A stretch of DNA of 44,112 nt from a virus: IMG/VR virus record IMGVR_UViG_3300029558_000015, positions 1 to 44,112 of that record, one strand, 5' to 3'. Position numbers and translations under genes: made by a program. Below are positions 33,166-41,567 of this stretch, piece by piece. Every line of letters starts with the position of its first letter. The stretch's first letter is position 1. Under the pieces are notes generated by a model, which did not search any database, was not told the DNA's origin, and saw only the letters and a program-made list of their open reading frames with translations.

Positions 33166-33690
33166 TCAGGCGTTTGCACGGGTGAGGATGACCAGCTCGG
33201 CCACGCCGTTGGCATCAGCCGCGCCGCCCCACTGGCAGTTGGTGAGTTTAACGGAGTTCCCGGCGGTCTTTTCGTCCGCTTCTGCCTCAAAGCCGCCGAC
33301 CAGTGCGGTAGCATAGTCAGCGGTCTTGGCAATGCGGACGTAAACGTCACCGCCCAGAGCCGGGGTCCCGCGCTGGCACAGCACGTTGATGCTGCCGCGC
33401 TGGAACACGCTGCAGGCCTCGCCGGGGGCGTATCTGCCGCCGTTCTGGTCAGGATAGACCAGGGCGCTCTTGACCTCGCTGCCCGCAATGCCTGCGAACT
33501 GTGCAGCGGTAGTGCCTGCACCGCCCATCACCACGACTTTGCCGCCGTCGTACTTCAGGGCGGTGCCAAAGGGGATGTTCTCGGTGCCGCCAACGGGGCG
33601 GGTGTTGACGATCATATCCGGCTGGCGGGCATAAGTGCCAGCAAAGCCGTGGGGCATGGTCTTGCCGATAATCTGAGTATTCAGGGACAT
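33166..33690 (-). CDS. Capsid cement/decoration-like protein (174 aa)
   Basis: Lies between the scaffold and capsid genes and looks like a Gly-rich beta-type sequence. Confidence 0.45.
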   Translation of the reverse strand: MSLNTQIIGKTMPHGFAGTYARQPDMIVNTRPVGGTENIPFGTALKYDGGKVVVMGGAGTTAAQFAGIAGSEVKSALVYPDQNGGRYAPGEACSVFQRGSINVLCQRGTPALGGDVYVRIAKTADYATALVGGFEAEADEKTAGNSVKLTNCQWGGAADANGVAELVILTRANA

Positions 33691-33693
33691 TTT

Positions 33694-34899
33694 TTAGCCC
33701 TCCTTCTTCATGTGGGGATTGCGGTCGTTATAAGCGGACTGGGAATCCTGGCACGCCTGCTCATACCTGTTCTTTCCGGATGCGCTGGCGGCAGCGGCGG
33801 CGCTGTCCTGCGCAGCCTTTGCGATGGCATCCACGGAGCTGGTACCCTTGACCTGCTCGATCAGAGTCTTGGACAGGGCATCACGGGTGGCCTTGTCTTG
33901 AATGCCGTTGATGATGGGGCGCATGGCTTTCAGCAGAGCTAGGCCGCTGTCATTGGCGGCAGGCTTTGCGCACTCGTCCTCGGAAGGAACAGTAGTGGAA
34001 CCGCTTTCGTCCTTGCCCTCCTCCTTCTCCTTCTTGTCAGGCTTTTCGCCGGACATTTCAGCAATCACCTTGTCCAGGTCTTCCGGCTCTTTGTCCTCTG
34101 CCTTCTTGGTGTTGGAATCGATCAGTTGATCCAGCTTGCCGGAAAGATTGTTCAGTGCGTCCAGAACAGCGGTGTTCTGGGTGTCAGCGGGCGCTGCTTT
34201 CTTAGCGGGGTCTGCATCCTGCGCCGGAACGGCGGGTGCTGCATCCAGCGCTGCGGCAGCGGTCTCCACCATGCTGTCAAGCTCTTCGGGGGCCGCGTTC
34301 TTTGCCGCCAGACCGAACAGAGACAGCAGATTCTTGCTCTTGCTCATGTGTTTTACCTTGCCTTTCTCCGCCGGAAGTTCGGCGGCACTGTCTTTTATTG
34401 CGACATCACGGCCAGCGCGCCCACGGGGCACGATGGCGATGTGATTGCCTCTGATATGGGTCTGCCGGTATCCTGCACCGTCTGCCTCGTACTGGCAGTA
34501 ATAGCCGCAGGACACATCCCGCATGGCCCCGTTCTTGACCTCTGAGATCAGCGTGGGGTCTTTCAGGTACAGGTCAGCCACCAGATAATCACCCGCTCGG
34601 CGCACATTCTCTGCGTGTCCTTTGGAGTAGGCGGCCTGATTTTCCTGTACGATCATCTCCGAGGGGTGGGTGTTGGTGACATCTTTGCCCTCAAAACTGG
34701 CAATTGCCGCCGGGTCAAACACATCCTCGGCGCTTCGTGTCACCTGAAGAACACGCTCCGGCATCCCGTCCAGCCCGATCTCACGGGCCAGATAGTTCTG
34801 CGTGCCGGTACGGGCGATTTTGACATCGTGGCAAATTAAAAAGCCCTCCGGCGTTTCCGTCATGTGAGGGCTCAGTTTGCTTCCATAGTACGCGATCAA
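33694..34899 (-). CDS. DUF2213-type scaffolding (possibly protease) protein (401 aa)
   Basis: N-terminus YYGSKLSPHMTETPEGFLICHDVKIARTGTQNY. Acidic and Ala-rich helical C-terminal half. Confidence 0.65.
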   Translation of the reverse strand: MIAYYGSKLSPHMTETPEGFLICHDVKIARTGTQNYLAREIGLDGMPERVLQVTRSAEDVFDPAAIASFEGKDVTNTHPSEMIVQENQAAYSKGHAENVRRAGDYLVADLYLKDPTLISEVKNGAMRDVSCGYYCQYEADGAGYRQTHIRGNHIAIVPRGRAGRDVAIKDSAAELPAEKGKVKHMSKSKNLLSLFGLAAKNAAPEELDSMVETAAAALDAAPAVPAQDADPAKKAAPADTQNTAVLDALNNLSGKLDQLIDSNTKKAEDKEPEDLDKVIAEMSGEKPDKKEKEEGKDESGSTTVPSEDECAKPAANDSGLALLKAMRPIINGIQDKATRDALSKTLIEQVKGTSSVDAIAKAAQDSAAAAASASGKNRYEQACQDSQSAYNDRNPHMKKEG

Positions 34900-36050
34900 T
34901 CGGCATCACCTCCGCTTCTGTATGCGTTCATCCATTTGTGATATTTTTCGTCATCTGCCAGCTTGTGCCGCTGGAAGGTCTCAAAGGTCTTGGGCACCTT
35001 GTCACCCAGAGCCGTGCGGTATTTTTCCCACTGGCGGTAGTCCCGCAGCCAGCGGTTGCGTCCCTGCTCTTTTTTGCGGTAGGCCTCGATCTGCGCCTTG
35101 GTGCGCGGGTCTCGGCTGTAGGGGTTCGTTCTGGGGTCGGAAAAGTGCCGGACCTGCTCCAGCTCTTTCTCGGTGCGGCCGGCTGGTGTCCAGGGGCGAA
35201 GGGCGTGCAGGCAGTTCGGATGGATGTTTAGCCAGCTGTTCGTCAGATCATCCGGCCCTGCAGGGTCTACTTTGCCGAAGGCATCCGAAAGCGGCGGGAA
35301 ATGCGGGTCTTTTCCGCTCTTGCTGTATACCCGGCCCTCATAGGGGGCGCAGAGGGCACAGGTTGTGCCGTGGGAGCTGATCTGATATAAGTCCTGCCCC
35401 TCGTCCTGCGTCACCACAGACAGGATTTCAGCCTGCCGAGACGTGGTGCGGGAGACCATCGTTGCATAGGTGTGCAGGCTCCAATTCCGTCCCGCCTTGT
35501 CTGTGAACGCCGTCACGCCATCCCGGCGGAGCGCTTCCACGAAAGCGGGCACGCTTTGGTTCACGCCCCTTCCCACAGCTTGCTGCGCTGCCACCTGCTC
35601 AAGACCGACCCGCCGGTAAACGTCCGGCTCAGTCCGGCCCAACAGGGCACTTTGCAGGGTGGAGAGCACCCTCATGTTCCCGTCCACCAACTTCCCCATG
35701 AGGTTCATCGTGAGCTTTTGCACGATGTCCGTCTGGGTGCTGGTAAGGCTTTGGGCATTTGCGTAGCCTCGCAGGTGCTTTTCCACGGTCTCGCCGGAAA
35801 TCGCCCGGGCCTCCGGGTGGCGAACGTAGAACTGCGCCTCCACCATACGGGGCACATACTCCCATTCATCCGTTTCCAGCTGACGCAGGATCTCCTGCAC
35901 CCGTTCCAGCGCGGCCACGGCGTGATAGTCCACAAGCCCCCGGCTGCGCAGGCGGCCGATCTCGTTGATGATATCGGTCTCAGCCTTGATATAAAGCCGG
36001 ATCAGGCGTTGCAGCTCCCGCTCAGGGGATGCACGTGCAAGGGTAGGCAT
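34896..36050 (-). CDS. Head morphogenesis / minor capsid protein (SPP1 gp7 / Mu F-like)
   Basis: 384 aa directly after the portal gene. Motif ISSHGTTCALCAPYEGRVY...HPNCLH. Confidence 0.75.
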   Translation of the reverse strand: MPTLARASPERELQRLIRLYIKAETDIINEIGRLRSRGLVDYHAVAALERVQEILRQLETDEWEYVPRMVEAQFYVRHPEARAISGETVEKHLRGYANAQSLTSTQTDIVQKLTMNLMGKLVDGNMRVLSTLQSALLGRTEPDVYRRVGLEQVAAQQAVGRGVNQSVPAFVEALRRDGVTAFTDKAGRNWSLHTYATMVSRTTSRQAEILSVVTQDEGQDLYQISSHGTTCALCAPYEGRVYSKSGKDPHFPPLSDAFGKVDPAGPDDLTNSWLNIHPNCLHALRPWTPAGRTEKELEQVRHFSDPRTNPYSRDPRTKAQIEAYRKKEQGRNRWLRDYRQWEKYRTALGDKVPKTFETFQRHKLADDEKYHKWMNAYRSGGDAD

Positions 36051-36053
36051 GTA

Positions 36054-37478
36054 TTATTCGCCCTCCTCAGTGTCTTCCTGCGTCTTTTCATCCATCAGCC
36101 CCGCCAGCGGGTCGCGCAGGGCGGTCACGTCCTGATAGGTCTGGCCTTGCTTTGCGGCAATCAGCTCGTCTGTCAGGGAGCCAAACAGTCCGGTCTCATC
36201 CTCCAGCTTCTTGAGCTCACGCATTGCCACATCTGCATCCAGAAGCCCTGCCTGAAACGCCGCAATGATGACATCGCTCTTTTCCTTGGCGATTGTCGCC
36301 GTCTCGCTGGCAGTGGGTGTCCACAGCGGCGGGAACGTTACATCAAGGTCAAGCTGCTCAATGCCTGCGCTGCGGGCTACCACCGGAAGCAGCTTGTCCA
36401 GAATGGGCCGCAGCTTGCTTTCCCGCAGGGTGTCCACGTAGTCGTAGTAATTTTTCAGGTCGCTTTCGCCGGTGGCGTTCATGCCCGCCGGGGAACGGCC
36501 AAACAGCTTGGTCATGGGGTAGTGGGACGCACCGCACAAGTTCAGGCACATGCTCTCGTACACGTCAGACAGGCCAGTAAAGGTGTACTGGGTGTTGCTG
36601 ATTTTGTTGCCCTGCTCTACCAGCTGCATCCCGAAATTGGAGCGCAGGACCTTCTGGGCCTGCATGGTGTTCCAGAAACGCCGCTGCACGTCCGGGCTGG
36701 ACATGGAGAGCAGCTGCTCCAGACCCTTTACCTCCATGGTGTTGACGTTCGCTTGGAAGGTCAGAGCGGCCATGTTGGCGCTTACGTTGTCGTGGGCCAC
36801 CACGTCGTTATAGAGCGCTTCCACCTCGGACTCGCCCCAGTAAAGCTCTGCCTGCCGTTCCAGATCAGGAAGTTCTCTGCCCACGAAACGCACAAGGCGG
36901 GAGTGATGGACACGGGCAGCAGTGTGCCCGGCGGCATCGTTGATGCTGTAGTACTCTGGCACAAGCTCCCCGCCCTCAAAGGTCAGGCCTGCATCCGGGC
37001 TGATTCCCTGCCAGCGGTCGAGGATGTACAGCCCCCGGAAGCTGCCGGGAAGAATAGCTTCGGCATCCAGCGGGCGGGAAAGGTCCTCCTGCCCATCAAT
37101 AAGGATAAGCCCGGCGGCACCGCCGTACAGGCGGCCCCATTTCAGGCCAGTGCTCACACGGTCCCGGAGCCGGGTGGAACGCTCCACAGTCTGGATTGCC
37201 TTTCCTTGCTCCGGTGTGGTGCTCTTGAGGTCGTACCACTCTCTGAGCATATCGTCCACAAGTAGCCCAACGACGTTCTGCACCACCCAGTTGCTGCGGT
37301 ACAAGCTGTTCAGCAGGGCGTAGTTGTCCGTCATCCGGGTCAGCGGGTATTCCGTTGCTTCCAGCGGGCTTTGTGAGCCGTACCCCAGCGAGAACAGCGG
37401 GTTGGAGAAAGCGTCCAGCGTGGCTGTCATCGGTTTCTCTGTGCCCCCGGCGGGGCGGTTTTTGTTACGTCTGGACAC
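36054..37478 (-). CDS. Portal protein (474 aa, GTG start)
   Basis: GTG at 37478 lies 7 nt after TGGAGG. The longer ORF to 37610 overlaps terL by 145 nt. Position is after the large terminase gene. Confidence 0.8.
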   Translation of the reverse strand: MSRRNKNRPAGGTEKPMTATLDAFSNPLFSLGYGSQSPLEATEYPLTRMTDNYALLNSLYRSNWVVQNVVGLLVDDMLREWYDLKSTTPEQGKAIQTVERSTRLRDRVSTGLKWGRLYGGAAGLILIDGQEDLSRPLDAEAILPGSFRGLYILDRWQGISPDAGLTFEGGELVPEYYSINDAAGHTAARVHHSRLVRFVGRELPDLERQAELYWGESEVEALYNDVVAHDNVSANMAALTFQANVNTMEVKGLEQLLSMSSPDVQRRFWNTMQAQKVLRSNFGMQLVEQGNKISNTQYTFTGLSDVYESMCLNLCGASHYPMTKLFGRSPAGMNATGESDLKNYYDYVDTLRESKLRPILDKLLPVVARSAGIEQLDLDVTFPPLWTPTASETATIAKEKSDVIIAAFQAGLLDADVAMRELKKLEDETGLFGSLTDELIAAKQGQTYQDVTALRDPLAGLMDEKTQEDTEEGE

Positions 37479-38700
37479 GTTCAAACCTCCAATCAGGCAG
37501 TGAGTTGATATAGTAGCGCAGGGCATCCGGGCCGTGGTCCTGCTGTTTGATGGGCTTTTCCACGCCCATGAGGGCGGCTTTATCGTCCCATCGGTATGTT
37601 CCGAGTTCATCCAGCAGCCCCTCGCAGTCGGTGGAGATCAGCAGATCGCGGTGGGAAAGGAGTGTGCTGCACTTGCGGATACCGTTCAGCACGTCGTTGT
37701 TTCCTTCTATCACATAAACGCCGCGCTGGCGCAGAGCTGTGATAAAGGATGCTGCCGCCGGGTCAACAATGGCAGCGCAGGGGTCTTTCCCCATAAACTC
37801 CATGAAATCATCGGCATACTCTTCATCTGTTTTCTGCCTGTGTTCCTGGCGGCTGTCCCACCGGTATTCCCGATGCGCCCGGACTTTCTCGCCGTCATCG
37901 TATACATCGAGATAGACGGTCGGGTTGGTGGTTCCGTAGTCGCATGTAATGGTACGGGTGGAAAGGCTCTTGAATCCCACCGGTGCGTCCTGCGGGCGGT
38001 AGGTGTTGGCGGTGGTGTCCATCATATCGTAGATCAGGCCCTCGGCCATCACCCAGCGGCCCAGAATGTAACGCTCGTAGAACACGCCGCTGTACATGCT
38101 GCGGTAACGCTCCCGGGTGCGCTCATCCAGTGACGGGTTATCGTCCATCAAGAAGTGCAGATGCAGCGCCCGGTGTTTTTTGGCCTGTAAGATCCACTCC
38201 TTGCGAAACCAATGCTCCGGGTTCTCCGGGTTGCAGTTGAACCAGAACTTGGCACCGGTGACAGAGCATCGGGCCAGCGCCTGCTCCACAAAGCTGCGGG
38301 GCATGAGCGCCACCTCGTCCAGAAGCACCCCGGCCAGCGTGATGCCCTGAATGAGCATGTAAGAACTTTCGTCCTTGCCGCCGAACAGGTACACCATGTT
38401 TACCTTGCTGCCGCGCTGCACCGTGAGAACGTGGCCGCTTCGGTTATAGGTGATCTGGAACTGCTGCTGCAAGTACCGGACAGACAGAAGCGGCTGAACA
38501 ATGTTGCGTTCCACCGCACCCACGCTCTTTCCGCAAAATGCAAAGGAACAGTGGTTGAATTCTGCCATCATCCAGAGCACGAAGGACAAAGACATGATGG
38601 AGGTCTTGCCGGAACGCACCGCGCCGTCACAGATCAGGGCATCATAGTCGCTTTCATACGGGAAGGTCAGGATCTGTTTTTGTTTTGGGGAGAAGCTCAT
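37465..38700 (-). CDS. terL: Terminase large subunit
   Basis: Walker A region ICDGAVRSGKTS. 411 aa. Confidence 0.9.
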   Translation of the reverse strand: MSFSPKQKQILTFPYESDYDALICDGAVRSGKTSIMSLSFVLWMMAEFNHCSFAFCGKSVGAVERNIVQPLLSVRYLQQQFQITYNRSGHVLTVQRGSKVNMVYLFGGKDESSYMLIQGITLAGVLLDEVALMPRSFVEQALARCSVTGAKFWFNCNPENPEHWFRKEWILQAKKHRALHLHFLMDDNPSLDERTRERYRSMYSGVFYERYILGRWVMAEGLIYDMMDTTANTYRPQDAPVGFKSLSTRTITCDYGTTNPTVYLDVYDDGEKVRAHREYRWDSRQEHRQKTDEEYADDFMEFMGKDPCAAIVDPAAASFITALRQRGVYVIEGNNDVLNGIRKCSTLLSHRDLLISTDCEGLLDELGTYRWDDKAALMGVEKPIKQQDHGPDALRYYINSLPDWRFERVQT

Positions 38701-39134
38701 TTCTTAAACTCTTCCTTCAAGCTCTTGGTGATGGGGTCATCCTCAACGGTCTGGTGGAAGGAATCTCCCTTCTTGCGATCATCAATGACCGTCCACTTGT
38801 CGATCAGAGTGCCCAGCGCCGTGGTGATCTGCTGCAGGGTTGCCCCTTCCAGCTTCTCCGGGTCGGTCAGGACACCGAGATAAACGTCTATGATCTCCTG
38901 AACACGTTCTTTCTTGCTGTCCATGTAGTCCAGCATCTCAAGTGTGTTCTGCTCTTTTTTTTGCTCAACTTTTTTCAACATTTCGGACGGAGCCGTTGAA
39001 ATCAGCCGCTTTACCGTCGTGTCAGATACTCCGTTGAGCTTGGCGGTCTTGGTGTAGTTCTGCAGCTGCACATAGTCCGCAATGATCTTCTTTTTCTGCT
39101 TGTCTGTCAACCGCTGCGCACCCACTGCCACCAC
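38697..39134 (-). CDS. terS: Terminase small subunit
   Basis: N-terminal HTH LTDKQKKKIIADYVQLQNYTKTAKLNGVSDTTVKR. The true start may be the GTG at 39125. Confidence 0.7.
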   Translation of the reverse strand: MVAVGAQRLTDKQKKKIIADYVQLQNYTKTAKLNGVSDTTVKRLISTAPSEMLKKVEQKKEQNTLEMLDYMDSKKERVQEIIDVYLGVLTDPEKLEGATLQQITTALGTLIDKWTVIDDRKKGDSFHQTVEDDPITKSLKEEFKK

Positions 39135-39158
39135 CTTCCTAAATCACCGCGTTTGAAA

Positions 39159-39599
39159 CTACTTCAAACCGTAGTCGCTTACAATTTTGCTTATTTCTAC
39201 CCTTGATCTCTTCTCAAGCAACGCATCTCTTACATCCATGGTAACGTCATTCACCCGATTCTTCGCTTGAATAATTGCATGAGCGCTTTTAGCTTCGCTC
39301 AGAACGATTCTTGCGGCTTCGACGTTTGCTTTTAGCGTCTGAATTTTTCTCTCGTTAAATTCTCTTCTTCGTGCATCTCTTGGAGAATCCGATTTTTTCT
39401 GAATCTCCAATTTCTGAAGTCGCTCTGCATACTCTTTTTGATATCCCTCGAATGTATTCTTGATCCATCCGTCTCTGATATCTTGCGCATAAGCAATTTG
39501 TTTTGGCGTTCCCTGCAGTTCGGGGAGGTCTCCTCCAAAAGACTTCATTGTGGAATCCCCGCCCGCTCTCGCAGAGCTGCCTGAACCTCGTTTACTCAC
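39159..39599 (-). CDS. Hypothetical protein with N-terminal MSKRGSGSSARA leader (146 aa, GTG start)
   Basis: GTG at 39599 follows GAAAGAAGG and overlaps the DUF4417 stop. The leader peptide is shared with gene 40234-40626. Confidence 0.6.
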   Translation of the reverse strand: MSKRGSGSSARAGGDSTMKSFGGDLPELQGTPKQIAYAQDIRDGWIKNTFEGYQKEYAERLQKLEIQKKSDSPRDARRREFNERKIQTLKANVEAARIVLSEAKSAHAIIQAKNRVNDVTMDVRDALLEKRSRVEISKIVSDYGLK

Positions 39600-40215
39600 G
39601 GTAATGCCTTCTTTCGTATTGAAACGGTTTAATTTTGGTCACGTTCCAGTCAAATTCATCAGGGCATTTGCCATACCACAAGATGCCGCTCGGTTGAAGC
39701 GCTTCCAGCGCCTTACGGCAATGTTTGGCAAAGCATTCCGCTTCGTATGGGTCAGACTGTGTGCCGTGGCTGGAAATGCTCACGATAGCGTTTCTCGGTT
39801 CCCCATCAAAGCACCAGTCATAGCTTTGCTCACCGCACCAGCAGAGCGTCGGGATCACATGGATGCCGTGGGCTTGCCAGTAGGCAGCCAGCCAGTGCTT
39901 TTTGTAGTGCATGAAAAGCTGCACCGCAAGCGGCATATCGCTGTACAGAGAAAAATCCGGAGAACATACCGCGCCGAACTGCTGCAAAAGGGAAATGTAT
40001 TTGTCGGGGTTGTTCCAGAACCGTTCAAACTGGTAATCGTCCTTGTAAAAATGCACGCCCTTTGTGGCCTTGTCTTTGGCAGTCAGGGCGTAGTTTACCG
40101 GAATCCATTCCAGCTTGTCGATTCGGATGTCCGTTTCTGGCTTGATTTCAGGGATGCCATACTTGCCCACGCCCGGAAAAATCATCTTTTCGGTGTTTTC
40201 CATCGGCAGAATCAT
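39592..40215 (-). CDS. DUF4417 domain protein
   Basis: HFYKDDYQFERFWNNPDKY...PDFSLYSDMP...WLAAYWQAHGIHVIPTLCW matches my recollection of the DUF4417 consensus. GGAGGGG RBS. Confidence 0.65.
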   Translation of the reverse strand: MILPMENTEKMIFPGVGKYGIPEIKPETDIRIDKLEWIPVNYALTAKDKATKGVHFYKDDYQFERFWNNPDKYISLLQQFGAVCSPDFSLYSDMPLAVQLFMHYKKHWLAAYWQAHGIHVIPTLCWCGEQSYDWCFDGEPRNAIVSISSHGTQSDPYEAECFAKHCRKALEALQPSGILWYGKCPDEFDWNVTKIKPFQYERRHYRE

Positions 40216-40233
40216 AGCTTACCCCTCCAAACC

Positions 40234-40626
40234 TTACTTTTTCTTGAGTTTCCGCCCCGTTTTCCAGTTATACCCGCGTTTTTCAAGAGAGCGGCGTGCT
40301 GCCTGTGTAGATGGGTTGTCAGGATGCCCCTTTGCTTTGCCAAGCAAAACCTCAACACGACTTTTTTCTTTAATTGCGCCAGACGCAACGCCCGCTTTGT
40401 ATTCTGCAATGGCAGCTTCTCTTTTTGCAGAATATTTTGCGGCGGCTTCATGGGCTTCTTTTTGCATCTTCTCAGTTTGTCTGCGTGTCAAACCGTGAGG
40501 AATACGCATTTTATCATCCATGTAATCACTGATGGGCGAACTCAGTCCACGTTTTGCAAGAAATTCATCAAGCGTAGTCTTTCCGCTACTTGCCCTTGTG
40601 GAACTACCAGACCCGCGTTTACTCAT
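40234..40626 (-). CDS. Basic hypothetical protein with N-terminal MSKRGSGSSTRA leader (130 aa)
   Basis: ATG at 40626 follows GAAAGGAGAG. First gene after the RNA island. Confidence 0.6.
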   Translation of the reverse strand: MSKRGSGSSTRASSGKTTLDEFLAKRGLSSPISDYMDDKMRIPHGLTRRQTEKMQKEAHEAAAKYSAKREAAIAEYKAGVASGAIKEKSRVEVLLGKAKGHPDNPSTQAARRSLEKRGYNWKTGRKLKKK

Positions 40627-40689
40627 TCTTGGCACTCTCCTTTCTGCGTTTATGGCTTTTCTTCCAGAAAATAAAAAGCCCGAAATTGC

Positions 40690-40719
40690 TCAAGCTAAAT
40701 CTCAAGCTATTTCAAGCTA
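40690..40719 (-). repeat. Three tandem direct repeats TAGCTTGA (minus sense), spaced 12 and 10 nt
   Basis: Plus-strand TCAAGCTA at 40690, 40702 and 40712. Lies between the tRNA-like 3' end and the packaging operon. Confidence 0.8.
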
Positions 40720-40730
40720 AAAATCACGGT

Positions 40731-40885
40731 AGCCGTCAGCCGGATTTGAACCGGCACCCACAGGCCCCCGCCGGGGCATGGTTCAGTGCCTCGGATGTAT
40801 CGAGTTGTTGTAAGCTAGCCATGTGGTGTCACCAACGTTGTCCCGCCTTAAATGGGCGGCGCTCTGCCAGTTGAGCTATGACGGC
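40731..40885 (-). tRNA. 155-nt tRNA-like gene: canonical acceptor, D and T arms, anticodon-like loop CAUUUAA (A at position 33), 87-nt insertion at the variable-loop position
   Basis: GCCGTCA TA GCTC AACTGGCA GAGC G CCGCC CATTTAA GGCGG [87 nt] GCCGG TTCAAAT CCGGC TGACGGC T. The acceptor stem pairs 7 of 7. No encoded CCA. Confidence 0.6.
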
Positions 40886-41007
40886 ATATAAGCAGCAACG
40901 CCATTATCTGCTTTTACCGGACAGTAAGACGTTGCCGCTGCATCTGGAACTTTAGCGGCCAGATGCCCCGCTACTCTCTGCATGCTGTCCCCCGGTCATG
41001 CAAAGTC

Positions 41008-41083
41008 TGGCACTCCAGGCAGGGCTCGAACCTGCAGCCTACGGTTTTGGAGACCGCTGCTCTACCACTTGAGCTGCCGGAGT
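41008..41083 (-). tRNA. tRNA-Trp (anticodon CCA), 76 nt with encoded CCA
   Basis: Hand-folded cloverleaf: ACTCCGG CA GCTC AAGTGGTA GAGC A GCGGT CTCCAAA ACCGT AGGCT GCAGG TTCGAGC CCTGC CTGGAGT G CCA. A1-U72 and G73 as in bacterial tRNA-Trp. Confidence 0.88.
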
Positions 41084-41089
41084 ATAAAA

Positions 41090-41158
41090 AGCCGCCCTTG
41101 GAATCGAACCAGCCGTGCCTACACACACGCACCGCGCTCCACATTGCGCTCAGGCGGC
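41090..41158 (-). ncRNA. Degenerate 69-nt tRNA-like element (good acceptor and D arms and T loop; aberrant anticodon arm with a GU-repeat loop; weak T stem)
   Basis: GCCGCCT GA GCGC AATGTGGA GCGC ... GTGC GTGTGTGTAG GCAC ... GGTTCGATTCC ... GGGCGGC T. Confidence 0.45.
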
Positions 41159-41166
41159 CATATAGC

Positions 41167-41201
41167 AAATAAAAACAGCCCGCGGTTCGCCGCCGGGGCT
41201 G
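41167..41201 (-). terminator. Rho-independent terminator closing the upstream RNA
   Basis: Minus sense CAGCCCCGGCGGCGAACCGCGGGCTG followed by TTTTTATTT. Confidence 0.7.
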
Positions 41202-41561
41202 CTTGAGTTGACGCACATCCTGCGGGGCATGCTGGCCCGCTCGGATTTCCGGTGCTGCTGTTCACGGGCGGAGGTTTCAGGGCGTGGGCAAGATTTCAGG
41301 AGTCCCACACCCACCCGCACACCGGTGGTGAATCACTCCATGCGTCAGATCTGCCGCGTTACAGACTTTGCGGCGTTCGGTGCGAGATCGTGGACTTGCA
41401 CCACGCATGATGCTCGATGGTGATATCTCGCATAGAAGCAGCCCGCAAAGCGCGGTGTCAAAGCGAAAAGCGTTAAGCGGCATGAACGAAAGGAGAATTC
41501 GTACGGGGCCGCGCTTTGGAAGCTGCTGAGAAGCGGCGCACCGCTTTGCGCGGTTCCGCTT
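41167..41561 (-). ncRNA. Candidate ~395-nt structured non-coding RNA (possible ROOL/GOLLD-like ornate phage RNA; unverified)
   Basis: No RBS-supported ORF. Bounded by a promoter and a terminator. Helices seen: 41381-88/41425-32 (8 bp), T-arm-like CGTGG TGCAAGT CCACG at 41389-41405, 41531-36/41556-61, 41299-303/41335-39, and several CCGC-GCAAA-GCGG type hairpins. Confidence 0.5.
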
Positions 41562-41567
41562 GTAGTC

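Noticed and set aside
36054-37610. 518-aa portal ORF start at 37610
   Set aside because: It overlaps terL by 145 nt. A GTG at 37478 has an optimally spaced GGAGG.
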